NCBI GenBank assembly: GCA_963619615.1
Contig: CAVEXE010000005.1
Location: forward strand, 21,647 to 85,646
Source: Senegalimassilia sp.
GTDB lineage: Bacteria; Actinomycetota; Actinomycetes; Actinomycetales; Bifidobacteriaceae
DNA: 64,000 nt
Direction of reading: 5' to 3'
Positions 10,365-22,531 of this stretch are shown piece by piece; positions within the stretch are counted from its first letter, which is position 1; each line of letters starts with the position of its first letter. The notes below the pieces were generated by a model. The model saw only the letters and a list, made by a program, of their open reading frames with translations. It did no database searches and had not been told where the DNA came from. Made by a program: the position numbers and the translations under genes.

Positions 10365-10398
10365 AAGAGCCTCGCAATCATTTGGTTGCGAGGCTCTT
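10365..10398. terminator. hairpin terminator between rpsD and the convergent holin-like gene
   Basis: AAGAGCCTCGCAA ... TTGCGAGGCTCTT. Confidence 0.75.
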
Positions 10399-10436
10399 CG
10401 CTATTCTGGAACCGCCCGGACGGTGATGCAAGACGT

Positions 10437-10802
10437 TCAATCGCCGAGGATTCCTCCGACGATGCCGGACACGATCGACATAATCAGCGAACCGATCACT
10501 GACCACCAGAAACCATCAATGGTGACACCCACGTCGAACAGGCTCAAAGCCAGCCATGAGGCCAATTGCATGAACATCCAGTTGATAATCAGGGCCACAA
10601 GGCCAAACGTCAGTATCGAAAACGGCAACGCGATGGCATGGACGATCGGCTTGACGGAAGCGTTAATTAACGCGAGGAACAACGAGAACGTCGCGATGCC
10701 GAGAATGGGCGGATCCCCGACGGCGTGCATGCCGGGCAGCAGCGCGACCATGACGCCGGCCGCTATGGTAAGAACCAGCCAACGAGAAATGAAATGATGC
10801 AT
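10437..10802 (-). CDS. four-TM membrane protein of the phage holin (DUF360/YvlD-like) family
   Basis: LINASVKP...LPFSILTFGL..LIIN and IDGFWW motifs; no phage genes nearby, so likely a chromosomal family member. Confidence 0.8.
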   Translation of the reverse strand: MHHFISRWLVLTIAAGVMVALLPGMHAVGDPPILGIATFSLFLALINASVKPIVHAIALPFSILTFGLVALIINWMFMQLASWLALSLFDVGVTIDGFWWSVIGSLIMSIVSGIVGGILGD

Positions 10803-10882
10803 ACCACAATCGTAGTGCATTCGATTTCGTACCTTTTCTCGAACACTGGGTTTTTCGCAGGTTCGCGGGTACCATGTAAACC

Positions 10883-11557
10883 ATGTTGCTTCATCTTCAT
10901 CTCGTCCGACATGGACAGACCTTCTTCAACCGGTACAACCGTCTTCAGGGATGGTCCAATTCGCCATTGACCGAATCGGGAATCGCGGATGCCGACAAGG
11001 CCGCCGACAAACTGAAGGATTACGACTTCGCCGCAGCCTATTGCTCCGACACCACGCGCGCGCAGATGACGGCGATGCGCATTCTCGACGTCAATGAGGC
11101 CGCGGGGCATGAGCGTCCGAAGCTGCATGACGACATGCACTTCCGCGAGCAGTTCTACGGATATTTCGAGGGACAAGACATGTCCATGGCCTGGACTGCT
11201 GCCGGAGGCCCTCACGGGGCGAAGACCTACAACGACATCGTAGCCAGGTACGGCCTGGGAGCCACACGAGACTTCCTCAAGGAGGCCGATCCGTTCCATG
11301 ATGCTGAATCGGACGCGCAATACTGGGCCCGCGTGGAGGAAGGGTTCGCGCTGATCGCATCCAATCCCGATCTCAAGGACGGCGACGACGTATTGCAGAT
11401 CTCTCACGGCAACACGTTGCTGAGTCTGATGCACCGTTTCGCGCCGGCCGGATACGATCTGAGCGAAAGACCGGCCAACGGATCGGTGACCAGCATCGAT
11501 TTCGACACGAGCAGGCCTCTGGATCAGGCCATCGAGATCATCGCATACAACCAGTGA
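10883..11557 (+). CDS. histidine phosphatase (phosphoglycerate mutase family)
   Basis: LVRHGQT..N, QGWSNSPLT, RAQMTA, REQFYGYFEG, ISHG. Confidence 0.9.
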   Translation: MLLHLHLVRHGQTFFNRYNRLQGWSNSPLTESGIADADKAADKLKDYDFAAAYCSDTTRAQMTAMRILDVNEAAGHERPKLHDDMHFREQFYGYFEGQDMSMAWTAAGGPHGAKTYNDIVARYGLGATRDFLKEADPFHDAESDAQYWARVEEGFALIASNPDLKDGDDVLQISHGNTLLSLMHRFAPAGYDLSERPANGSVTSIDFDTSRPLDQAIEIIAYNQ

Positions 11558-11654
11558 GATTCCGCCGTGTGATTTGCCTTCAGTCGGGGCTTTTCACTAC
11601 TGTTGTGCAGGTATTGTGTTCGCGGAACACCGCGAAGCTGAAAAGAGGTACAAG

Positions 11655-12044
11655 ATGGGTGTTGGAGAAATCGCCGGTCTGATTGCGGCGATCGCGTTCG
11701 CGATTCTCGCCGGTTTCATGATTTACCCGCTGATTCGTCTCGGAAAGCTGTTCGACCAGATCGCCGAAACCGTCAAGGACACCGGCGACCATGCGATTCC
11801 GGCGCTTGACGAAGGCGTTACCACCGTCCAGCAGGTCAACAAGTCCCTGGAGGACGTCAATAAGATTTCCGCGGCAGCATCCACTACGGCCACCAATGTC
11901 GGCGCACTCACCGACCTGTACGGGTCGTTCCTGGGCAAGCCGGTCATCAAGGTGGCGTCGACCGTCTACGCGTTGAAGTCCACGGCACAATCGTTCCTGA
12001 ACCAGCAGAACATCAACCGTTCCACGGTCAACAAGGGGGAGTGA
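11655..12044 (+). CDS. DUF948-like membrane-anchored protein
   Basis: N-terminal TM followed by coiled coil; usual position upstream of alaS in Actinomycetota; RBS AGAGG. Confidence 0.7.
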   Translation: MGVGEIAGLIAAIAFAILAGFMIYPLIRLGKLFDQIAETVKDTGDHAIPALDEGVTTVQQVNKSLEDVNKISAAASTTATNVGALTDLYGSFLGKPVIKVASTVYALKSTAQSFLNQQNINRSTVNKGE

Positions 12045-12280
12045 TGTTCAAACGTCTATTCTGGATTTCGATCGGCGTGGGCATCGGCGTGGTGGCCGTC
12101 ACCAAGGCGCAGGCCTACGTCAAAGCTAATACGCCTGACGTCGCAAGGGAGTTTCTCCTCGGTCCGGATCAGGACCATGTGACCATGCGCACGCTTGAAG
12201 GTCTGGTCAATGAGTTCAACGCCACGCGCCGAGCCCGCGAGGCTGAACTCAACACCAAGTATGCGGCCACAGTCGACTGA
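12041..12280 (+). CDS. small membrane-anchored hypothetical protein
   Basis: KRLFWISIGVGIGV N-terminus; overlaps upstream stop (GTGA coupling). Confidence 0.7.
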   Translation: MMFKRLFWISIGVGIGVVAVTKAQAYVKANTPDVAREFLLGPDQDHVTMRTLEGLVNEFNATRRAREAELNTKYAATVD

Positions 12281-12382
12281 TCCAGCCGACTGATTCGTAA
12301 GACATACAGACCATCCGGAACCATCAACGAACATGCTTGGAGGGCATAGGGCCCTCCAACAATACAAGGAGCTCAAACTCAT

Positions 12383-15061
12383 ATGCGCACTTCTGAAATC
12401 GCGAAGCGCTATCTTGACTATTTCGAAAAGCACGACCATCTTGTCGTGCCGTCCGCATCTCTGATCTCGCCGAACCCGACCACGCTGTTCACCATCGCAG
12501 GCATGGTTCCGTTCATCCCATACCTCATGGGAGAGCAGACCCCGCCGAAGAGCCGCATGGCATCCAACCAGAAGTGCGTGCGCACCCTCGACATCGACGA
12601 GGTGGGCAAGACCACCCGTCACGGCACGTTCTTCCAGATGCTCGGCAACTTCTCCTTCGGGGATTACTTCAAGGAAGAGGCGATTCACTACGCCTACGAG
12701 CTGCTGACCACCCCGCAGGACAAGGGCGGCTACGGCTTCGACCCCGAGAAGCTGTGGATGACCACCTTCACCGATGACGAGGAAGCCCGCTCGTTGTGGC
12801 GCAACGAAGGCGTCGATCCCGAGCACATCCAGATCATGGGCATGGAAGACAACTTCTGGACCACCGGCGGCCCGGGGCCTGGCGGTCCGTGCTCCGAAAT
12901 CTACGTGGACCGTGGTCCGGAATACGGCGTTGAAGGCGGCCCGATCGCTGATGAGAACCGTTACATCGAAATCTGGGATCTCGTGTTCGAGAACTTCGAA
13001 GTCGATAACGTCAAGTCCAAGACGGACCTGCATATCGTGGGCGAGCTCGAGAACAAGAACATCGATACGGGTGCGGGCTTGGAACGTCTCGCATACCTGA
13101 TGCAGGGCAAGCAGAACATCTACGAGACCGACGAGGTCTTCCCTGTGATCGAAGCGGCCCAGAAGCTGTCCGGTCGCACCTACGGCGACGATGAGTCCAT
13201 GGACGTGCGTTTCCGCATCGTGGCCGACCACGTGCGCTCCGCGTTGATGATCATGTCCGACGGCGTGCGCCCGTCCAACAACGGCCGTGGCTACGTACTG
13301 CGCCGTCTGCTGCGCCGTACCGTCAAGGCCATGCGTGAGCTCGGCGTGACCGAAGCCGTCATGCCGACGCTTCTGCCGACCTCCAAGGCCGCCATGGAGC
13401 CGAGCTATCCGGAGCTCAACGAAACCTTCCATGACGTCTCCGAAGCCGCGTACGGCGAAGAGGACGCGTTCCGCCGCACTCTTGAATCCGGTACCGAGAT
13501 CTTCGACATGGCCGTTTCCAAGGCCAAGCAGGCCGGTTCGGACTTCGTTTCCGGCGAAGATGCGTTCAAGCTGCACGATACCTACGGGTTCCCGATCGAG
13601 ATCACGCTTGAGATGGCCGCGGACCAAGGCGTGAAGGTCGATGAGGCCAAGTTCCGCGAACTCATGGCCGAGCAGAAGAGCCGCGCACGCGCCGATGCGC
13701 TTAAGAAGCGTCATAACGTGGATCTTTCCGTGTACGACGACTTCAAGAAGACCCTGCTGCGGCCGATTGACTTCCTTGGATACACTGACATGTCCGCCCG
13801 TGCCAAGGTGCTCGGCATCATGCAGGAAGGCAAGGGTTCCGTTCCCGCAGTGACCGGTCCGGCCAATATCGAAGTCATTTTGGACCGTACCCCGTTCTAC
13901 GCGCAGTCCGGTGGCCAGCTTGCCGATCAGGGCGAGATTCTGTCCGACGACGGAGCCGTGCTTGAAGTCGACGACGTGCAGAAGCCCATCAAGGACCTTA
14001 TCGTGCACCAGTGCCGTCTGACCGAAGGCACGCTGGTGGTCGGCGCCGAAGTCAACGCCAACATCGACCTCGAACGCCGTGGGGCGATCGCACGTTCCCA
14101 TACCGCCACCCACATGGTGCACAAGGCCCTGCGTGAGGAACTCGGCCCGCAGGCGACCCAGCGTGGTTCCGAAGACGCTCCGAACCGTCTGCGCTTCGAC
14201 TTCCAGTGGTCCAGCGCTCCGAGCAAGAACGCCATGAACGCAGTGGAGGCACGCGTCAACGAAAAGCTGCGCGAGAACCTTGCCGTGACCACTCAGGAGA
14301 TGAAGTTCGACGACGCCATCGCATTGGGTGCCATGCACCTGTTCGGTGAGAAATACGGCGACGTCGTGCGAGTCGTGTCCATCGGCGAGGATGGTTGGAG
14401 CCGTGAGCTGTGCGGCGGCACCCACATCGACCACGTCGGCAAGATCGGTGCGATCAACATCATGTCCGAAGCCTCCATCGGTTCCGGCGTGCGTCGTGTT
14501 GACGCGGTGGTCGGACAGAGCGCCTACGAGTTCAACGCACGTGAGCACGCCCTGGTCTCCCAGCTTTCCGACATGGTCAACGCCCGCCCTGACGAGCTCG
14601 CTGAACGAGTGAACACTCTGCTGGCCAAGCTCAAGGAATCCGACCGACGCCTCGCGGCCATGTACGAATCCCAGCTGGCGGCATCCGTTCCGGCACTTGT
14701 GGCGGATACCAAGGCCTCGACCGCCGCGGTCAAGGTGGCTGCCAAGAACGTCGACCACTTCGGTTCCTTTGATGCACTGCGCAAGACCGTTCTGGATGTG
14801 CGCGGACAGCTTGGCGAGGAATTCCCGGTCGTGGTGGCCCTCGCGGGTGTGAACGAGGAAGGCAAGCCGATGGTCGCCGTCGCCACGAATGATGCCGCGC
14901 GCAAGCAGGGCATCAAGGCGGGCGATCTGGTTCGCGGCGCATCCAAGATCCTCGGCGGCGGTGGCGGCGGCAAGCCGGACTTCGCCCAGGGCGGTGGAGC
15001 GGACGCCACGAAGATCGACGAGGCTCTCGAAGCACTGGCCAACCAGGCCATGAAGGTCTGA
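12383..15061 (+). CDS. alaS: alanine--tRNA ligase
   Basis: [42 protein letters not shown] editing motif, [21 protein letters not shown]. Confidence 0.98.
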   Translation: MRTSEIAKRYLDYFEKHDHLVVPSASLISPNPTTLFTIAGMVPFIPYLMGEQTPPKSRMASNQKCVRTLDIDEVGKTTRHGTFFQMLGNFSFGDYFKEEAIHYAYELLTTPQDKGGYGFDPEKLWMTTFTDDEEARSLWRNEGVDPEHIQIMGMEDNFWTTGGPGPGGPCSEIYVDRGPEYGVEGGPIADENRYIEIWDLVFENFEVDNVKSKTDLHIVGELENKNIDTGAGLERLAYLMQGKQNIYETDEVFPVIEAAQKLSGRTYGDDESMDVRFRIVADHVRSALMIMSDGVRPSNNGRGYVLRRLLRRTVKAMRELGVTEAVMPTLLPTSKAAMEPSYPELNETFHDVSEAAYGEEDAFRRTLESGTEIFDMAVSKAKQAGSDFVSGEDAFKLHDTYGFPIEITLEMAADQGVKVDEAKFRELMAEQKSRARADALKKRHNVDLSVYDDFKKTLLRPIDFLGYTDMSARAKVLGIMQEGKGSVPAVTGPANIEVILDRTPFYAQSGGQLADQGEILSDDGAVLEVDDVQKPIKDLIVHQCRLTEGTLVVGAEVNANIDLERRGAIARSHTATHMVHKALREELGPQATQRGSEDAPNRLRFDFQWSSAPSKNAMNAVEARVNEKLRENLAVTTQEMKFDDAIALGAMHLFGEKYGDVVRVVSIGEDGWSRELCGGTHIDHVGKIGAINIMSEASIGSGVRRVDAVVGQSAYEFNAREHALVSQLSDMVNARPDELAERVNTLLAKLKESDRRLAAMYESQLAASVPALVADTKASTAAVKVAAKNVDHFGSFDALRKTVLDVRGQLGEEFPVVVALAGVNEEGKPMVAVATNDAARKQGIKAGDLVRGASKILGGGGGGKPDFAQGGGADATKIDEALEALANQAMKV

Positions 15062-15071
15062 TATTCCAAGC

Positions 15072-15527
15072 ATGGTTTGGCTTGGAATAGATTTGGGAGA
15101 CGCCCGGGTCGGACTGGCATTGTCCGACCCGGGGCTTGCCCTTGCCCATCCCGCAGGCAATATTCAGGTATATGGGGATTCATTCCGTGCGCTGGATGAT
15201 GTGATCGACGTCATTGAGGACGAATCGGTGGATCATGTGGTGGTGGGCCTACCGTTGCTGTTGAACGGAGATGAGGGAAAAAGCGCGAAAAAGGCCAGAC
15301 GTTGGGTCGCGAATCTGGAAAAGAGATTGCAAATCGCCGCGCAGGATGAGGAATACTCGTTCACGCAAGTCCCTTCCATCGAATTCGTGGATGAGCGACT
15401 GACCACGGTGACTGCTCATCGGCAGTTGTTTGAAGCGCAAATAGGCGGACGCAAGCATCGGCCGATGGTGGATCAGCAGTCGGCGGTAGTGATACTGCAG
15501 ACCGCACTGGACCGTAAGGAAGAGTAA
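15072..15527 (+). CDS. ruvX: Holliday junction resolvase-like / pre-16S rRNA nuclease YqgF
   Basis: LGIDLGDARVGLALSD, VVGLP, DERLTT, DQQSAVVIL. Confidence 0.93.
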   Translation: MVWLGIDLGDARVGLALSDPGLALAHPAGNIQVYGDSFRALDDVIDVIEDESVDHVVVGLPLLLNGDEGKSAKKARRWVANLEKRLQIAAQDEEYSFTQVPSIEFVDERLTTVTAHRQLFEAQIGGRKHRPMVDQQSAVVILQTALDRKEE

Positions 15528-15542
15528 AAGGAGAGAAAAACA

Positions 15543-16724
15543 ATGACCGATGATCTGAATGATTTTTTCTCCGATAACGCGCAGTGGGTCGATCAGTCAG
15601 GGAACGTGCTGAATACGGATGTGCCACCGCACCCTCCGAGGTCACGTCGCGATATGCGTATGCGCCGGGAACGCGCGCGCCGACGTCGTGTGATCAGGAT
15701 CGTCGCGATTGTGGTTGTGTTGGCCATGATTGTGGTCGCGGGCGTGTTCGGTGTGCGATTGATTAAACATTGGAAAGCCCTGGCATCCTCCAACACGCAG
15801 ATTCAGATTGCGGATTATTCCGGTTCCGGAGACGAAGATGTGACTTTCACCGTGGAAAGTGGCCAGGGCGTCGCCGAAATCGCGGAGAATCTGGTTGAAG
15901 CGAAAATCGTCAAATCCACGACGGCCTTTACCAGCGCAGTGAGCTCGGCCAGGGCCACCCTGTATCCGGGGATGTACTCGTTGAAGACCCATATGAAGGC
16001 GTCCGAAGTGGTCAAGATCCTTTCCGATCAGACGCAGGCCGGTGGTTTCGCCCAAGTTCGCGCAGGGGAGCGAGTATCCGACGTCATCGACAACGCGGCT
16101 GAAGTGTCGGGACTGGACGTTTCGCAATTCCAGGCCGTCATAGATGGCGGTGGCTCCGGCATTCTGCCAAGTGAGGCCGGAGGAAAGTTCGAGGGTTGGC
16201 TGGAACCGGGAACCTACAACGTGCAGGGCAAAACCGCGCAGGAGATCATCAAGGAAATGGTCGACGCGCGAATCGACAAGCTCGATTCACTCGGAGTGCC
16301 GACGGGCAGTGAGCGACAGCGTATCCTCATCATCGCGTCCATCGCCGAATCCGAAGTGGGCAGTGAGCAATACTACGGACAGGTGGCCAGGGTGATCCTC
16401 AACCGCCTCGACGCCGATATGGCCCTTGGTATGGATACCACGGTGGCCTATGGTCTGGGCATTTCGGCGAGCCAGCTGACCGACGAGCAGCTTGCCGATA
16501 CAAGCAACGAATACAACACCCGTGTTCATAAGGGCCTTACGCCTACGCCGATCAGCAATCCGGGAGACGGTGCCATCACCGCGGCCGTCAATCCTCCTGC
16601 CGGCAAGTGGTTGTACTTCGTGACCACCAACCTGCAGACAGGCGAGACGAAGTTCGTTGAAACCGAAGACGAATTCTGGCAGATTCGCGACGAGTACAAG
16701 AACAACAACGAAAACGCGAACTAG
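15543..16724 (+). CDS. mltG: endolytic transglycosylase MltG (YceG)
   Basis: N-terminal TM, EGWLEPGTY, IASIAESE, NRL, YNT..HKGLTPTPISNPG, LYFV. Confidence 0.92.
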   Translation: MTDDLNDFFSDNAQWVDQSGNVLNTDVPPHPPRSRRDMRMRRERARRRRVIRIVAIVVVLAMIVVAGVFGVRLIKHWKALASSNTQIQIADYSGSGDEDVTFTVESGQGVAEIAENLVEAKIVKSTTAFTSAVSSARATLYPGMYSLKTHMKASEVVKILSDQTQAGGFAQVRAGERVSDVIDNAAEVSGLDVSQFQAVIDGGGSGILPSEAGGKFEGWLEPGTYNVQGKTAQEIIKEMVDARIDKLDSLGVPTGSERQRILIIASIAESEVGSEQYYGQVARVILNRLDADMALGMDTTVAYGLGISASQLTDEQLADTSNEYNTRVHKGLTPTPISNPGDGAITAAVNPPAGKWLYFVTTNLQTGETKFVETEDEFWQIRDEYKNNNENAN

Positions 16725-16735
16725 GCCAAGAACAA

Positions 16736-17206
16736 TCAGAACATCACGCCGAATGCGACGCCAATCGTCCCCGCCACAACAATGGCCGGGACGAACGGCG
16801 TTCTGCCTGCGTATCTTGTGTTCCTCTGAGGATCGACCAGAGTCCACAAGGCAATCCACGCAAGGCCTACAAGGGCCATCGCAAGCCACCAGACAATCAT
16901 CGCGTCAAGACCGAACATGCCCACGGCCAGGCCGATGAGCAGTGTGGAAGTAACATCTCCGAATCCCAACGCGCCGGGTTTGACCAGTGCGAGCGCGCAC
17001 TGCAAAACGGCGGATAGCGTGGCGAACAGCAACGCCTGCAACACCAGATAAAGCGAATTGGTCGATACGGCATACACGATGTTCGCCATGATCTGGACCG
17101 TGCAGCCGGCTGCGACCCATGAGCGCGGAATCCGACGCGCACGAATGTCCTCAACGCTCAGAGTCAGTCCACACAGTAGACTCGGCAGGCAAATCAGGTA
17201 CCACAT
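16736..17206 (-). CDS. prepilin peptidase (A24 family) membrane protein
   Basis: EDIRARRIP, ALGFGD and PFVPA motifs; multi-TM; ATG at 17206. Confidence 0.75.
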   Translation of the reverse strand: MWYLICLPSLLCGLTLSVEDIRARRIPRSWVAAGCTVQIMANIVYAVSTNSLYLVLQALLFATLSAVLQCALALVKPGALGFGDVTSTLLIGLAVGMFGLDAMIVWWLAMALVGLAWIALWTLVDPQRNTRYAGRTPFVPAIVVAGTIGVAFGVMF

Positions 17207-17253
17207 ACCGTTAAGATAGTCCACTAGTTGCATCCGGCAGAAAAGGAGAGGGC

Positions 17254-18447
17254 ATGTTGCGCTGGCAGACAGCAGGCGAATCGCACGGTGAGGCGCTCGT
17301 CGCCATGATCGAAGGGTTGCCTGCGGGCGTCCGCATCACCACGGAAGACATCGTCGGCGCATTGGCGCGCAGGCGTCTTGGATACGGCCGTGGCGCCCGT
17401 ATGAAGTTCGAACAAGACAAGGTGCGCATGCTTACAGGCGTGCGTTTCGGTGAGACCATCGGATCTCCGGTGGCCATTGAAATCGCGAACACCGAATGGC
17501 CCAAATGGACGGAAGTGATGAGCGCAGATCCGCTCGACCACGAAATCGCTCGTGAGGGGCGCAATGCGCCTTTGTCCCGTCCTCGGCCAGGACATGCTGA
17601 TCTGACCGGCATGCGCAAATACGGTTTCGACGACGCACGCCCGGTGCTGGAACGTTCCAGCGCCCGTGAGACCGCATCGCGCGTGGCATTGGGCGAAGTG
17701 GCGGGTAAATTCCTTGAGCAGGCGCTTTCGGTGCGCACCGTCTCCCATGTGCTGTCCATCGGCGGCGCGGGAATCTGCGACCCGCAGCAGTCCGTGTTGC
17801 CCAAGCCGGAAGATCTTGAAGCATTGGACGCGTCTCCAGTCCGTACCCTCGACAGGAACGCCGAGAAGGCCATGGTCGAACACATCGACGAAGCCAAGGA
17901 AAACGCCGACACCTTGGGCGGCGTGGTTGAAGTGGTGGTGTACGGCATGCCGGCCGGTGTGGGAACGTATGTGGAATCCGATCGCCGACTCGATGCGGCA
18001 TTGGCCAGCGCGGTGATGGGAATCCAGGCCATCAAAGGTGTGGAAATCGGCGACGGCTTCCTCGAGGCCATGCGTCCGGGATCGCAGGCTCACGATGAGA
18101 TGGTGGTTGGTGATGATGGCCGAATCGAACGTTTGACCAATCGCGCCGGAGGCATCGAAGGCGGCATGTCGAACGGACAGCCGATTGTGATCCGCGCGGC
18201 GATGAAGCCGATTCCGTCCATTCCGAAGGCGTTGCGCACGGTTGACGTGGCCACCGGAGAGGCCGCCCAGGCCATCAATCAGAGGTCCGACAACACCGCG
18301 GTTCCGGCGGCGGCGGTTGTGGCCGAAGCGATGGTGAGGCTTACCATCGCGCAGTACGTGCTGGAGAAGTTCGGTGGAGACAATGTGGCCGAAACCAAGC
18401 GCAATGCGGAAAACTATGTGGCTTCCTGGCCGGAACACATGAGGTGA
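17254..18447 (+). CDS. aroC: chorismate synthase
   Basis: [36 protein letters not shown]. Confidence 0.97.
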   Translation: MLRWQTAGESHGEALVAMIEGLPAGVRITTEDIVGALARRRLGYGRGARMKFEQDKVRMLTGVRFGETIGSPVAIEIANTEWPKWTEVMSADPLDHEIAREGRNAPLSRPRPGHADLTGMRKYGFDDARPVLERSSARETASRVALGEVAGKFLEQALSVRTVSHVLSIGGAGICDPQQSVLPKPEDLEALDASPVRTLDRNAEKAMVEHIDEAKENADTLGGVVEVVVYGMPAGVGTYVESDRRLDAALASAVMGIQAIKGVEIGDGFLEAMRPGSQAHDEMVVGDDGRIERLTNRAGGIEGGMSNGQPIVIRAAMKPIPSIPKALRTVDVATGEAAQAINQRSDNTAVPAAAVVAEAMVRLTIAQYVLEKFGGDNVAETKRNAENYVASWPEHMR

Positions 18448-18454
18448 TTCGGCT

Positions 18455-20083
18455 ATGAGCGGCATGCGTAGGCCTTTTGCGGTGATCATCGGCATGATGG
18501 GCGCCGGCAAGACGCGCGTCGGCAAGGAAGTGGCGCAGATGATGAACCTGCCTTTCGCCGATGCGGACAATGAGATCGAACTGGATGCGGGAATGAGGAT
18601 TCCCGAATATTTCGAAAGGTACGGCGAACCCGAGTTCCGTAAGCTGGAAAGCGATGTCGTACTCGACATGCTTGAGGACTTCGACGGCATCTTCTCCCTG
18701 GGAGGGGGTGCCCCGATGACTCCTTCCATCCAGGAGGGTCTGGCGGAATACATTTCCGACGGTGGCAAGGTCGTGTACTTGATGGCCGACGCGGAGGAAG
18801 CCATGGAACGCGCCAATCGTTCGGGTGGCAGACCGATGCTCAACGGGGACGCCAACGAACGGTGGAAGAAGCTCTACAAGGAGCGTGATCCGGTGTTTCG
18901 CGAGGTGGCCAACGTATATGTGCGTACGCACGGACAGACGCCGCGGGCCGCGGCGAGAAAGCTGATGGAAATGATCGACCAGAGAATCGTGCACGTCACC
19001 GGTTCCACCATCGAACCATACGATGTTCGTATCGGCGAGGGCTCCATGAACCAGTTGGCGCAGATACTGGGAAGCAAGCCGTCGAAGGTTGCGTTGATCC
19101 ATACGCAGCCGGTGCAGCGCCATTGCGATCGCGCACGTACGCTGTTGCGTCAAGGGGGGTATGACGTATATGACATCGTCATTCCCGATGCCGAAGCCGG
19201 CAAGACCATCGAGGTGGCCAACGGCATATGGCAGCGCCTTGGAGAAGAAGGGTTCACCCGTTCCGATGCGATCGTCGGACTCGGTGGCGGAGCCGCGACC
19301 GATCTGGCCGGGTTCGTGGCCGCCACATGGATGCGAGGCATCCGTTATGTGAATTGCCCGACGTCGCTGCTCGCCATGGTCGATGCTTCCACAGGCGGTA
19401 AAACCGGCATCAACACCCCTCAGGGGAAGAACCTGGTCGGTTCCTTCTATACCCCCGCGGGCGTGCTGGCGGATATGAAGACGTTGTCCTCCCTGCCGAA
19501 CGACATCTTCGTCGAGGGCTTGGGTGAGGTGGCGAAGTCCGGATTCATCAAGGATTCGGAGATTCTGCGCATTCTGGAACGCCACGCCGATGAGCTGCGC
19601 GGATTCGACGGAGAGCTTTTCCTCGATTCCGACCTGAAGGACGTGGTTGGAGAACTGATAGAACGCACCGTCACGGTGAAGTCCTACCATGTGTCCGCCG
19701 ATCTCAAGGAAGCCGGGTTGCGTGAGTTCCTCAACTACGGCCATACGCTCGGCCATGCCATCGAAAAGCTGGAGCATTTCCGCTGGAGGCATGGCAATGC
19801 CGTGGCCGTAGGCTGCGTATACGCGGCGGAACTGGCGCATCTGCTCGGATACATCGATCAGGATCTCGTGGATTACCATCGTCGTCTGCTCGGATCATTG
19901 GGACTGCCGACATCGTGGAACAACGGAAGCTGGGACGACGTGCTCGCCCTCATGCATCGAGACAAGAAAGCCCGGGGCAACAAGCTGCGCTTCGTGGTGC
20001 TTGACGGCATCGGACATCCGACCCATCTCGAGGATCCACCGGCGGACGCCGTCGAGGAGGCGTTCCGCCGCATTCAGCGGTAG
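18455..20083 (+). CDS. aroKB: bifunctional shikimate kinase / 3-dehydroquinate synthase
   Basis: N-terminal [20 protein letters not shown]-terminal [38 protein letters not shown]. Confidence 0.95.
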   Translation: MSGMRRPFAVIIGMMGAGKTRVGKEVAQMMNLPFADADNEIELDAGMRIPEYFERYGEPEFRKLESDVVLDMLEDFDGIFSLGGGAPMTPSIQEGLAEYISDGGKVVYLMADAEEAMERANRSGGRPMLNGDANERWKKLYKERDPVFREVANVYVRTHGQTPRAAARKLMEMIDQRIVHVTGSTIEPYDVRIGEGSMNQLAQILGSKPSKVALIHTQPVQRHCDRARTLLRQGGYDVYDIVIPDAEAGKTIEVANGIWQRLGEEGFTRSDAIVGLGGGAATDLAGFVAATWMRGIRYVNCPTSLLAMVDASTGGKTGINTPQGKNLVGSFYTPAGVLADMKTLSSLPNDIFVEGLGEVAKSGFIKDSEILRILERHADELRGFDGELFLDSDLKDVVGELIERTVTVKSYHVSADLKEAGLREFLNYGHTLGHAIEKLEHFRWRHGNAVAVGCVYAAELAHLLGYIDQDLVDYHRRLLGSLGLPTSWNNGSWDDVLALMHRDKKARGNKLRFVVLDGIGHPTHLEDPPADAVEEAFRRIQR

Positions 20084-20143
20084 CGCGTCTGCCGGATCGA
20101 AGCGATAGCACGGAAGAACAACGACAACGCAAAGGAAAGAGAC

Positions 20144-20593
20144 ATGACCAAAGTAGTGGTGGTAAACGGGCCGAATCTCGGCCGTCTCGGCGTGCGGCAG
20201 CCGGACGTATACGGCAAGCAGGATCTTGAGACCTTGCGCAAGCTGTGCTCCGAGTGGGGCGAGGAGCTCGGTCTCGACGTGGAAGTCCGCCAAAGCGACG
20301 ACGAAGCCGAAATGATCGGCTGGATGCATCAGGCGGCCGACGAGAAGACTCCGATCGTCATGAACCCGGCGGCCTTCACCCATTATTCCTACGGTTTGGC
20401 CGATGCCGCGCATATGGTGATCGACGAAGGACTGCCCCTCATGGAGGTGCATATCTCCAACCCTTCAGCGCGAGACGAGTTCCGCAAGCGCTCCGTCATC
20501 TCTCCCGTGGCCACCGGAACCATTACCGGCATGGGCTTCTACGGCTACAAGATGGCGCTCGATGCCGTGGCGCATCTGGTCGCAGAACGGTAG
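20144..20593 (+). CDS. aroQ: type II 3-dehydroquinate dehydratase
   Basis: [31 protein letters not shown]. Confidence 0.95.
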   Translation: MTKVVVVNGPNLGRLGVRQPDVYGKQDLETLRKLCSEWGEELGLDVEVRQSDDEAEMIGWMHQAADEKTPIVMNPAAFTHYSYGLADAAHMVIDEGLPLMEVHISNPSARDEFRKRSVISPVATGTITGMGFYGYKMALDAVAHLVAER

Positions 20594-20699
20594 GAAAACG
20601 GTTTCTCATATATTGAGGTCGGGCATGACGATTCGTCGTGCCCGATTTTTCATATCCCGAAACACGCCGCGTCATAGACCGATGATAGGCTGGAGTTCC

Positions 20700-22361
20700 A
20701 TGGTTAGAAGACAACATGGCAATTCTCAAGAGCACATCACCAAGCATATTTTCGTCACCGGTGGTGTTGTTTCCTCTCTCGGCAAGGGCCTGACCGCCTC
20801 CTCTCTCGGCCGCCTGCTTCGTAGCCGCGGCATCAGGGTTTTGCAGCAGAAGCTCGACCCGTACATTAACGTCGACCCGGGTACCATGAACCCGTTCCAG
20901 CACGGCGAAGTCTATGTGACCGAAGACGGAGCCGAAACCGATCTCGACATCGGCCACTACGAGCGCTTCCTCGACGTGTATCTGAGCCAGAAGGCCAACG
21001 TGACCACCGGCCAGATCTATCAGGAGGTTCTGCGCAAGGAACGTGCGGGCGAATATCTTGGCCAGTGCGTGCAGGTCATTCCGCACATCACCAACGAAAT
21101 CAAGTCCCGTATGCGCGCCCAGGCCTCCGACGACGTCGACGTGATCATCACCGAGATCGGTGGTACTGTCGGCGATATCGAATCGCAGCCGTTCCTGGAA
21201 GCGGCACGTGAAGTGCGTCGCGATCTCGGTTCCGAGAACTGCATGTTCGTGCATGTCTCCCTGGTGCCGTACATCGCGGCCGCGCACGAGCTCAAGACCA
21301 AGCCGACCCAGCACTCCGTGATGATGCTGCGCCAGCTGGGCATCTCCCCGGACGCGCTCGTGCTGCGTTCCGACCGTACCCTCAACCAGTCCATCAAGGA
21401 CAAGATCTCCCTGATGTGCGACGTGGATTCCGAAGGCGTGGTCAACTGCGTGGATGCTCCGAGCATCTACGATGTGCCGAAGACCCTGTTCGACGAAGGC
21501 CTCGACGCATACGTGGTGCGTGAGCTGGGATTGCCGTTCCACGACGTCGATTGGGACGAGTGGGAGGATCTGCTCGAACGAGTGCATCATCCGAAGCACG
21601 AGGTCAACGTGGCCATCGTCGGCAAGTACATCGATCTGCCGGACGCCTATCTGTCCGTCACCGAAGCCATCAAGGCCGGCGGTTTCGCCAACTGGGCCAA
21701 GGTCAACGTCAAGTGGGTGGCCGCCGACAAGTGCGCCACCGAAGAAGGCGCCGCAGCGGCGCTCGACCAGGTGGACGGCATCGTGATTCCGGGCGGTTTC
21801 GGCATCCGCGGCATCGACGGCAAGATCGGCGCCCTGCGCTACGCCCGTGAGAACCAGCTGCCGGCACTCGGTCTGTGCCTCGGCCTGCAGTCCATGGTCA
21901 TCGAATACGCACGCGACGTCCTCGGCATCGAAGACGCGAATTCCTCCGAATTCGAACCGGATTGCGCGAATCCGGTGATCGCGACCATGGAAGAGCAGAA
22001 GGACATCGTCGCAGGCAACGGAGATATGGGCCACACCATGCGCCTTGGCTCTTACCCGGCCGAGCTCGAGGAAGGTTCCATCGTCGCCGAACTGTATGGT
22101 TCCACGCACGTCACCGAACGTCACCGCCATCGTTATGAAGTGAACGTGGCCTACAAGGACCGCCTGCGCGAGGCGGGTCTGCGCATCTCCGGCCAGAGCC
22201 CGGACGGCGAACTCACCGAATTCGTGGAGCTGCCGCGCGAAGTGCACCCGTTCTACGTGTCCACCCAGGCCCATCCTGAGTTCAAGTCCCGCCCGACCAA
22301 GCCTCATCCGCTGTTCGCGGGGCTGGTCAAGGCGGCCATCGACCATCAGCAGGCCCGCTGA
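20700..22361 (+). CDS. pyrG: CTP synthase
   Basis: [51 protein letters not shown]. Confidence 0.97.
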   Translation: MVRRQHGNSQEHITKHIFVTGGVVSSLGKGLTASSLGRLLRSRGIRVLQQKLDPYINVDPGTMNPFQHGEVYVTEDGAETDLDIGHYERFLDVYLSQKANVTTGQIYQEVLRKERAGEYLGQCVQVIPHITNEIKSRMRAQASDDVDVIITEIGGTVGDIESQPFLEAAREVRRDLGSENCMFVHVSLVPYIAAAHELKTKPTQHSVMMLRQLGISPDALVLRSDRTLNQSIKDKISLMCDVDSEGVVNCVDAPSIYDVPKTLFDEGLDAYVVRELGLPFHDVDWDEWEDLLERVHHPKHEVNVAIVGKYIDLPDAYLSVTEAIKAGGFANWAKVNVKWVAADKCATEEGAAAALDQVDGIVIPGGFGIRGIDGKIGALRYARENQLPALGLCLGLQSMVIEYARDVLGIEDANSSEFEPDCANPVIATMEEQKDIVAGNGDMGHTMRLGSYPAELEEGSIVAELYGSTHVTERHRHRYEVNVAYKDRLREAGLRISGQSPDGELTEFVELPREVHPFYVSTQAHPEFKSRPTKPHPLFAGLVKAAIDHQQAR

Positions 22362-22424
22362 ACGGGGGGAATGGGCGGATATTCTGAACGTTGACAGTTC
22401 GGATTTCGGCTGATTCATTGACTG

Positions 22425-22461
22425 CATGGCCATGAATTCCACGGGGGAGTTCATGGCCATG
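22425..22461 (+). terminator. hairpin after pyrG
   Basis: CATGGCCATGAATTCC / GGAGTTCATGGCCATG inverted repeat; weak U tract. Confidence 0.55.
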
Positions 22462-22531
22462 TTGCATAATTGGTCAGAGTCAACAAGTGATGAATGGTTG
22501 AATCTCAGATAGCATCGGAAGGGTTGCGAGG

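Noticed and set aside
10437..10802. Holin-family gene as evidence of a prophage
   Set aside because: No endolysin, integrase or structural genes nearby; this four-TM family is commonly chromosomal.
12281..12382. T-box leader before alaS
   Set aside because: Spacer is only about 100 nt and has no TGGNACCGCG T-box sequence.
12056..15160. 1034-aa antisense ORF over alaS, and similar long antisense ORFs at 346-2070, 20523-22703, 40768-43827 and 55433-57736
   Set aside because: They mirror well-supported genes. High-GC codon bias removes stops in the antisense frame, and the translations have no motifs.
16736..17206. Prepilin peptidase as the marker of a pilus locus
   Set aside because: No pilin, ATPase or Tad genes nearby; a lone A24 peptidase next to aroC is a common actinobacterial arrangement.
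18455..20083. aroK-aroB fusion as a novelty
   Set aside because: Known arrangement in bifidobacteria.
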